Shown: positions 1 to 5,679 of the stretch, one piece after another | Layout of the letters: each line of letters starts with the position of its first letter | Position numbering within the stretch: position 1 is the first letter of the stretch | Assembly (NCBI GenBank): GCA_041737385.1 | Contig: JBGSRU010000007.1 | Location: 5,552 to 69,551 of the forward strand | Direction of reading: 5' to 3' | Source: Candidatus Saccharimonadales bacterium | GTDB taxonomy: Bacteria; Patescibacteriota; Saccharimonadia; Saccharimonadales; SZUA-47 | Length of the DNA: 64,000 nucleotides | Position numbers and translations under genes: made by a program | Notes under the pieces: model-generated | Told to the model about the DNA's origin: nothing | What the model saw: only the letters and a program-made list of their open reading frames with translations | Databases searched by the model: none

Positions 1-71
1 TAGTCGCTCTCGCACAGATTATCGTACGATTTATCGTAGGACGAGCAACGGGAACCACCACAGAAGAGTAA
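1..71 (+). CDS. C-terminal fragment (cut by the window edge) of a T4SS-pilin-like small membrane protein; tandem paralog of the next ORF
   Basis: Reading from nt 3 gives VALAQIIVRFIVGRATGTTTEE-stop (TAA 69-71). This closely matches the C-terminus VALAQVIVRFVVDRATLTGSTTTVD of ORF 182-619. Confidence 0.55.
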   Translation, partial: VALAQIIVRFIVGRATGTTTEE

Positions 72-98
72 GTAGTTTTAATTCGTTCAATCGAACTT

Positions 99-127
99 AA
101 AAGAGCGGCCTTCGGTCGCTCTTTTAA
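99..127 (+). terminator. Rho-independent-type hairpin after the truncated pilin-like gene
   Basis: AAAAGAGCGGCC-TTCG-GTCGCTCTTTT: GC-rich stem with a tetraloop, followed by a T-run. Confidence 0.6.
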
Positions 128-181
128 GTTGAAGCTAAGCTATATCTCTGTTAAACTTCAAGTTATATAAAAGGATCAAAC

Positions 182-619
182 ATGAACACGCTTAAAAGAA
201 TATCATTCACCATTGCCCTCTCACTCGGCTTCATCGCGCCGTTAGCTGCTCCGATAGCCGTTAGCGCTCAAGAAATTGAAAAGAACCTACAGTGTGGTGC
301 TAACCTAGAGTTCGTCGTACCAGAAGGCGGCTGTGCAACGGACATAAACGGTGCCAGCGCCGCAGAACGTGTTGACGAAATCGTCTCTCAGGTTATTAAC
401 ATACTATCGCTCGCAGTTGGTGTAGTAGCTGTAGTTATGATTATCGTTGGTGGCCTTCGCTACATCACTTCTGGTGGTGATTCAGGCAATGTGACTGGTG
501 CCAAAAACACAATTCTCTACGCTGTTGTAGGTCTAGTGGTCGTTGCACTCGCACAAGTCATCGTACGATTCGTTGTCGATAGGGCAACTTTGACGGGCTC
601 CACAACCACAGTTGATTAG
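182..619 (+). CDS. TrbC/VirB2-type T4SS-pilin-like protein (signal peptide plus two C-terminal TM helices)
   Basis: N-terminal signal peptide ending AVSAQ. Two hydrophobic helices (VINILSLAVGVVAVVMIIVGGL and ILYAVVGLVVVALAQVIV) are separated by a GGDSGNVTGAKN loop. This is the typical architecture of Gram-positive/CPR conjugative-type pilins. Confidence 0.6.
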   Translation: MNTLKRISFTIALSLGFIAPLAAPIAVSAQEIEKNLQCGANLEFVVPEGGCATDINGASAAERVDEIVSQVINILSLAVGVVAVVMIIVGGLRYITSGGDSGNVTGAKNTILYAVVGLVVVALAQVIVRFVVDRATLTGSTTTVD

Positions 620-640
620 GTAAATCATTACTAGTATTTA

Positions 641-670
641 AAAACCGCCTACGTGAATAGGCGGTTTTTT
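641..670 (+). terminator. Rho-independent terminator
   Basis: AAAACCGCCT-ACGTGAAT-AGGCGGTTTTTTT. Confidence 0.75.
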
Positions 671-753
671 TATAGTAACTCTACAATTAGGCATACTAGA
701 GCACTTAGAGCTTCCCCATCAGTAAGCTAGAAGCAACTACGGGGCCTAGGAAC

Positions 754-1245
754 TTATAAAACTTGGATCTTCTTCACGGTATCTTGCTTCATTTTCGTAA
801 AGCTGACGGTAAGTACACCGTCTTTTAATACGGCTTCGATCTCGTCTTCTTTGACTGGCACAGGTAGCGCAATGCTACGGCTGAATTCACCCCAGTAACA
901 TTCTTGTACAAAATAGTTCTCGACACCAGACTCTTCGCCTGCTGAAAGTGTTCCACGAATACTAAGCGTGTTGTCAGCAATGCTCACGTCGAGCTCGCTT
1001 TTATTAACGCCTGCTGTTCGTGCTTTGACAACTAGTTTCTCTTTTGTTTCAAACACGTCAACAGCTAACTGCCCAGGAACTGCTTCATCTTCTTCCCATT
1101 CATCTTGAACGGCAGTTGGCTCGTCCATACCCATATCGTCATCGTTAGGCATAACTGCCATATTTGAATTATCTTCTTCACCCAAAAACGCAGCGGTTAG
1201 CTCGTCTTCTAGTAATAGGTCGTCGTCGCGAGTCTTTCTCGCCAT
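754..1245 (-). CDS. Hsp20/alpha-crystallin small heat-shock protein with an acidic N-terminal extension
   Basis: C-terminal ACD-like sequence (AVDVFETKEKLVVKARTAGV...ADNTLSIRG...GEFSRSIALP...AVLKDGVLTV). Start moved to the ATG at 1245 (MARKTRDD), which is preceded by AAGGAGGGA. The longer 754-1401 ORF has an implausible Cys-rich leader. Confidence 0.85.
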   Translation of the reverse strand: MARKTRDDDLLLEDELTAAFLGEEDNSNMAVMPNDDDMGMDEPTAVQDEWEEDEAVPGQLAVDVFETKEKLVVKARTAGVNKSELDVSIADNTLSIRGTLSAGEESGVENYFVQECYWGEFSRSIALPVPVKEDEIEAVLKDGVLTVSFTKMKQDTVKKIQVL

Positions 1246-1411
1246 AGTTAGTTCCCTCCTTAAGCTAGTAGAGGCTTGAGAGTCAGACAATCTATTTTTG
1301 ATTGCCTTATTTTCAAGCGTTTTTATGTTATAACCAGTATAGCGGAGTATTACCGCTATGGGCAACTGTTTGCAACCATATTTACAACATATTAAACACA
1401 ACGGACGAGAT

Positions 1412-2092
1412 ATGTATCAGTTAATCGATAAAATAGTCGGATTAGTCGCACCACATACCTGCCTTTCTTGCGGCGTAGAGGGAACGACGCTCTGTCGATC
1501 CTGTATAGATAACTATCAGGAGCCAGTCCAACCACGCTGCGCTGGCTGTCGCGCGCTGATGGAAGACTTTAGAACCTGTGAAAAATGTCTCTCTTGGCTA
1601 CCAGTTAGCTCAGTTTTTGTCACGAATCACTATGAGTCCATCGGTGAACTATTAGTAAAGTCACTAAAATTCGATCATAGACGTCAGTCTATAGAGCCAA
1701 TGGCGGACAGCATGTATGACCTAGTGAAGAATTTTGAGTTCCCCGAGGGTACGGTTATCTGTGCTATCCCGAACGCGCCGTCTCGAGTCAGACAGCGAGG
1801 GTTCGATCATACTGCCCTTCTAGCCGAGCGTCTAAGTAAAAAACTAGGCATGAAGCAAGGTACCCTGCTTGGTCGTCATACCAATACAAGACAAGTGGGC
1901 TCGTCTAGAAAAGCTCGATTTGAGCATATGTCCCAAGCATTTGATCTGAGAAAGACACATCAGCAGAATAAATACGTGCTACTGGTTGATGACGTGGTGA
2001 CGACCGGAGCGACGATTAGTGCGGCAACAAAACTACTGAAACGCTCGGGTGTAAAGCGCGTCTACGCAGTGGTTTTTGCTCAAAAAAACTAA
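1412..2092 (+). CDS. comF: ComF-family phosphoribosyltransferase-domain protein (competence protein ComFC-like)
   Basis: N-terminal paired CxxC zinc-finger motifs (CLSC..CRSC, CAGC..CEKC). C-terminal PRPP-binding loop VLLVDDVVTTGATI. Confidence 0.8.
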   Translation: MYQLIDKIVGLVAPHTCLSCGVEGTTLCRSCIDNYQEPVQPRCAGCRALMEDFRTCEKCLSWLPVSSVFVTNHYESIGELLVKSLKFDHRRQSIEPMADSMYDLVKNFEFPEGTVICAIPNAPSRVRQRGFDHTALLAERLSKKLGMKQGTLLGRHTNTRQVGSSRKARFEHMSQAFDLRKTHQQNKYVLLVDDVVTTGATISAATKLLKRSGVKRVYAVVFAQKN

Positions 2093-2278
2093 TTTCGCTT
2101 CTCTTTCGCTAACGGATACGGTAAGATAGGATAGCATAAAAGTTGTTGTCTGCAGCTTCACAAATTCGAGAGAAGAATCTCGAATTTGAAGAATTGCCGG
2201 CATGATATGGTAGTTATTTTTGCCCAACAAATTTATTTTGTGGGCGGAAAAGCTACCATATCTGTACACGGCAATTCA

Positions 2279-2371
2279 GGAGAGGTACCCAAGTGGCTGA
2301 AGGGGACGGTTTGCTAAATCGTTAGTGGGGCGAAAGTTCCAGCGAGGGTTCGAATCCCTCTCTCTCCGCCA
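2279..2371 (+). tRNA. tRNA-Ser (anticodon GCU), class II with long variable arm, CCA encoded
   Basis: Manual cloverleaf: GGAGAGG/TCTCTCC acceptor, anticodon stem ACGGT/ATCGT with loop TTGCTAA, 21-nt variable arm, T-arm GAGGG-TTCGAAT-CCCTC, then G-CCA. Confidence 0.9.
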
Positions 2372-2750
2372 GAGAGAGACGCTCTGCACCATAAGGTGCG
2401 GGGCGTTTTTCTTTGTCAAAGAAAAGGATTCGAACGCCAAGGGTTCGCTCATTAGTCCTATGCCCGAATTCTATTCGGCGCATAGATTAAGGAGGTAAAC
2501 CATCCCTCTCTCTCCGCCAAAAGAAAGAACAGCCCAAAGCGGCTGTTTTTTCTTTTGGTACGGGGAGTGAGAGATTCGAACCCGAGCGGTCCAGCTGTTC
2601 TCAGCTGGAGGAAGCGAGGAGGTTCGATGACAAGTCTGTTGCCCGAGCAAGCCTCGGCGCACAGATTTATCGTGTAGCATATATCCCTCTCTCTCCGCCG
2701 TCATACGGCAGACGGGCGGATTTCCCCCCTTCCCTCTCTCTCCCCGCCAA
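2372..2750 (+). repeat. Three stacked tRNA-Ser(GCU) 3'-end cassettes (terminator hairpin, inverted pseudo-3'-end, interrupted direct pseudo-3'-end)
   Basis: ATCCCTCTCTCTCCGCCA (2354-2371) recurs at 2502-2519 (18/18), 2683-2700 (17/18) and 2731-2749 (1-nt insertion). Inverted decayed copies lie at 2414-2435 and 2556-2589. Terminator hairpins lie at about 2379-2410 and 2529-2551. Confidence 0.85.
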
Positions 2751-2808
2751 AATCCCGCATACCTCATCTATTTTTAAGTTTAGCGCCAATATTGTCTTTT
2801 GATGTACA

Positions 2809-3327
2809 ATGATGCTTATGGATGAAGGTGATAACCAAGAAGAGAATCAAGGCCAAAGTCAAAACGAAATAGCTCCGGTTTCGTGGTCTGCCTCTGAGTA
2901 CATCAATCACGAGAAATCTTCGACTTGGCACGGCATCTTATTTGTCTCTGCCGGTGCTATAACGTTTATAGTGTTTTTAATATCACGTGACATACTTGCT
3001 TCGATAGTTATATTACTCTCAGCAACTGCTATGAGTGTCTATGCACGAAAGCAGCCACAAACAAAACTGTATTCATTAGATGATCAAGGTGTTTCTGTAG
3101 ATGGTAGGTCATATCCCTATTCAATGTTTAAGTCTTTTTCTGTAGTTGAGGAAGGTAGTATAAACAGTATTTGGTTAAAACCCATACAGCGATTATCGCC
3201 AACAACAGTAATCTACTTTCCACCTGATGAAGGCGATAATATAACCGAACTTTTATCGTACTTTCTACCATTCGAGGAAAAAGGACTTGATACGATAGAT
3301 AGGCTAACAAAGCGGATACGTTTTTAG
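2809..3327 (+). CDS. Hypothetical membrane protein (two TM helices, then a small soluble domain)
   Basis: ORF with hydrophobic segments ILFVSAGAITFIVFLI and ILASIVILLSATAMSVY. No motif recognised. Confidence 0.5.
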   Translation: MMLMDEGDNQEENQGQSQNEIAPVSWSASEYINHEKSSTWHGILFVSAGAITFIVFLISRDILASIVILLSATAMSVYARKQPQTKLYSLDDQGVSVDGRSYPYSMFKSFSVVEEGSINSIWLKPIQRLSPTTVIYFPPDEGDNITELLSYFLPFEEKGLDTIDRLTKRIRF

Positions 3328-3331
3328 AGCT

Positions 3332-4147
3332 GTGAAATCTCGTTTGCACCGTTTTTTGACCTGGATAACAGCATCTTATATTGGAAGCATGTTTGGCTTG
3401 ATGGTTGTCTCGGTATTTTTTTGGGTAACTTTTTCAACTTCAGGAACGATTAATACCGTCCTTCATACTGTAGAGTTCGACTCCGCGCTTCAGGCTTATA
3501 CTTCAGAACAAAGCGGCGTAGACGTATCAAAAAGCAGTGCTGAAAATGAGCAACAAAACTTCTCTGTAGTGGTACATCAATGGATTGAAGGCCCTATAGC
3601 AGAATTTCAATACGAATCAGACTTTTCAGAGCTTAAAAACACCGATCAGATAAGCTTGATTTATTCTCCAGAAGATTCATCAGTCAAAATTAAACCTCAG
3701 AGAATATATTTCTTCGCTAAACTGTACGCAATTATCTCCTTGCCTGTTCTTAGTTTGTGTATTTTGATCATGTATTTATTGCACCGCTCGAAGTTGTATA
3801 TTGTCTATCGTCTCGAGCGCATAGCACTCCTGAGTAGTATTTCGCTGCTAACATCTCTGCCCTTTTTATTCGTTTTCTGGAAATTTACAGCAGAAAGATT
3901 ATCGACATACCCACAAGCTCATCCGATTGCTATGAAGTTAGTTGTTCCACTTGCAAACGAGCTACTTCTCCGTTACGCAATCATTTCTCTTTCTTTTTTC
4001 GCTTTCTATTTCTTGCTCTATCAGATGCTAAAACGAGTATTACGTCACTATCACTACGAACCACCCCACCAGCACAAAAAGCGAAATGACCTACTGTGGT
4101 CCTCAACTAAGCTTGGCCGCATGTACATAAAAAAAGTCTTGAAATAG
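3332..4147 (+). CDS. Hypothetical polytopic membrane protein
   Basis: GTG-initiated ORF immediately after the previous gene. Several hydrophobic helices; no motif recognised. Confidence 0.5.
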   Translation: MKSRLHRFLTWITASYIGSMFGLMVVSVFFWVTFSTSGTINTVLHTVEFDSALQAYTSEQSGVDVSKSSAENEQQNFSVVVHQWIEGPIAEFQYESDFSELKNTDQISLIYSPEDSSVKIKPQRIYFFAKLYAIISLPVLSLCILIMYLLHRSKLYIVYRLERIALLSSISLLTSLPFLFVFWKFTAERLSTYPQAHPIAMKLVVPLANELLLRYAIISLSFFAFYFLLYQMLKRVLRHYHYEPPHQHKKRNDLLWSSTKLGRMYIKKVLK

Positions 4148-4179
4148 GAAGAGTCCATCTTTGCAGATGGACTCTTCCT
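4146..4179 (+). terminator. Perfect 15-bp hairpin after ORF 3332-4147
   Basis: AGGAAGAGTCCATCT-TTGC-AGATGGACTCTTCCT. No clear T-run follows, so it may be a bidirectional or structural terminator. Confidence 0.5.
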
Positions 4180-4180
4180 A

Positions 4181-4369
4181 TGGTGGACACGGCAGGATTT
4201 GCCCACCAATGGCGACCCCGGAAAAACTTCTTAGAAAATAAATTTTCAAGAGTTTGTTCCCTTGCGGACTGCACGAATGACAGCCCTCACTTCCGACCTC
4301 ATCGGTCGTAGATTCAAATCTTCCAAGTAAAGCCAATAAAAAAGCCGGTCAGATGACCGACACTTTTAT
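4181..4369 (-). repeat. tRNA-Arg 3'-end cassette (same architecture as the tRNA-Ser cassettes)
   Basis: 4181-4201 TGGTGGACACGGCAGGATTTG matches the tRNA 3' end TGGTGAACCCGGCAGGATTTG (4370-4390) at 19/21. An opposite-strand decayed copy of the T-arm/acceptor lies at 4303-4335 (21/32). A terminator hairpin lies at about 4341-4362. Confidence 0.8.
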
Positions 4370-4446
4370 TGGTGAACCCGGCAGGATTTGAACCTGCGAC
4401 CTCTTGTACCGCAAACAAACGCTCTATCCAGCTGAGCTACGGGTCC
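4370..4446 (-). tRNA. tRNA-Arg (anticodon GCG), CCA encoded
   Basis: Reverse complement folds as GGACCCG-TA-GCTC..GAGC-G-TTTGT-TTGCGGT-ACAAG-AGGTC-GCAGG-TTCAAAT-CCTGC-CGGGTTC-A-CCA. Confidence 0.85.
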
Positions 4447-4584
4447 TAAACTTTCTTATTACGCCGGTAAAGTGCAAAGAACAGGGGTAATAGTACCAGA
4501 AAACGAAGAAAATAGCTAGTTTAATGATTGCCTTATTCACAAGCTTTCGTCGTATACTGCATCTATAACTTAAAAGGAACCGTC

Positions 4585-4755
4585 ATGGGCAATGGGTTGA
4601 TAGCGTTTTTATTTGGTATTGGAGTCGCTAGCTGGGTCGCAAACAAGTTTTATAAGCGAACGGGTGGTAACACGCTAAAAAGTATTGGCGCTGGTGCTAT
4701 TACAGGCATTTTGGTCTTCTTTTTAATACTGTCTATCTTGTGGCAGATCCCCTAG
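4585..4755 (+). CDS. Small membrane protein (two TM helices)
   Basis: ATG at 4585 preceded by AAAGGA. MGNGLIAFLFGIGVASWV...GAGAITGILVFFLILSILW. The longer ORF from 4528 lacks an RBS. Confidence 0.5.
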   Translation: MGNGLIAFLFGIGVASWVANKFYKRTGGNTLKSIGAGAITGILVFFLILSILWQIP

Positions 4756-4827
4756 ATAGTTTCATCGACTAGCCGTTTCATACTATTTTCTTCTCTTTTT
4801 TCAATAAAAACTGGTATTATGTAGCTA

Positions 4828-5679
4828 ATGGATGAGGTGGGCCTTGGAAAGGCTTTACAACGGGCGAGGAAAACAGCCGGATTGACGCAGCAAGAGTTGT
4901 GTCAGCGTGCTGGTTTATCTTATTCAACATTAGCAAAAATCGAGCGAGGAGCGATCAAGACACCTTCGGTATTTACCGTTGCGCGTGTTGCATCGGTCTT
5001 GGGCACATCGCTTGATGCATTGCTAGGAACAGTAACAACAACTGATCATATGCAGGTAGCCTCGCGTAAAAGTACATCTGGTATTTCGTTCCTGTACGTC
5101 GATATTAATGGCTGTATGGTGCACTTTTTTCACGCTGCGTTTACTCGATTGGCTTACGAAACAGGCATCGCAGCAGATGGTATTGAATCAGCCTTCTGGC
5201 ACTATAATGATGCAGTCTGTCGCGGCGAGATGACGCTTGACGAATTCAACGATGTGCTCGCGAGTCGGCTCGGGCTGCCAGCCATAGCTTGGGCAGATTA
5301 TTATCTTGAAGCAATTGAGCCAATCACAGAAATGCACGAACTTCTCATATGGGCGGCTCAGAACTTTAAAGTTGGGCTATTATCAAATATCATGCCCGGG
5401 TTTATCGACGAAATGATCAAAAACGGTAGCTTGCCAGCTATACGCTATGACGCAATTATTGATTCTTCCGAAGTCGGTGCAATTAAGCCAGAGTTAGACA
5501 TATATAAGCGAGCACAGCTCAAAGCAGGTGTCCCAGCTGATGAAATCTTGTTTGTCGACGACAGCCGTACAAACCTGATGGCAGCTGAACGTCTCGGCTG
5601 GAAAGTACTTTGGTTCAACGACATGCAGCCAACAGAATCGGTTGCACGTATCAAATCATCTTTAGAATTAGCGCCTTAG
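4828..5679 (+). CDS. XRE-family HTH domain fused to a HAD-superfamily (subfamily IA-like) hydrolase domain
   Basis: N-terminus LGKALQRARKTAGLTQQELCQRAGLSYSTLAKIERG is a Cro/C1-type HTH. C-terminus carries the HAD motifs YVDINGCMV, LLSNIMPG, K-P and FVDDSRTNL. Confidence 0.7.
   Translation: MDEVGLGKALQRARKTAGLTQQELCQRAGLSYSTLAKIERGAIKTPSVFTVARVASVLGTSLDALLGTVTTTDHMQVASRKSTSGISFLYVDINGCMVHFFHAAFTRLAYETGIAADGIESAFWHYNDAVCRGEMTLDEFNDVLASRLGLPAIAWADYYLEAIEPITEMHELLIWAAQNFKVGLLSNIMPGFIDEMIKNGSLPAIRYDAIIDSSEVGAIKPELDIYKRAQLKAGVPADEILFVDDSRTNLMAAERLGWKVLWFNDMQPTESVARIKSSLELAP

Noticed and set aside
754-1401. Long 215-aa version of the Hsp20 ORF
   Set aside because: The extra 52 residues are Cys/Lys-rich and overlap the comF promoter region. 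A strong AAGGAGGGA RBS precedes the internal ATG at 1245.
2354-2750. Evenly spaced short direct repeats that could be mistaken for a mini CRISPR array
   Set aside because: The repeat unit is simply the tRNA 3' end. There are only two to four copies, the spacers are homologous to each other rather than unique, and no cas genes are present.
2471-2767. 98-aa minus-strand ORF across the tRNA-Ser(GCU) cassettes
   Set aside because: It lies entirely within repeated tRNA-derived and hairpin sequence. The product is an Arg/Gly/Pro-rich low-complexity peptide with no RBS, so it is a translation artefact of the repeats.
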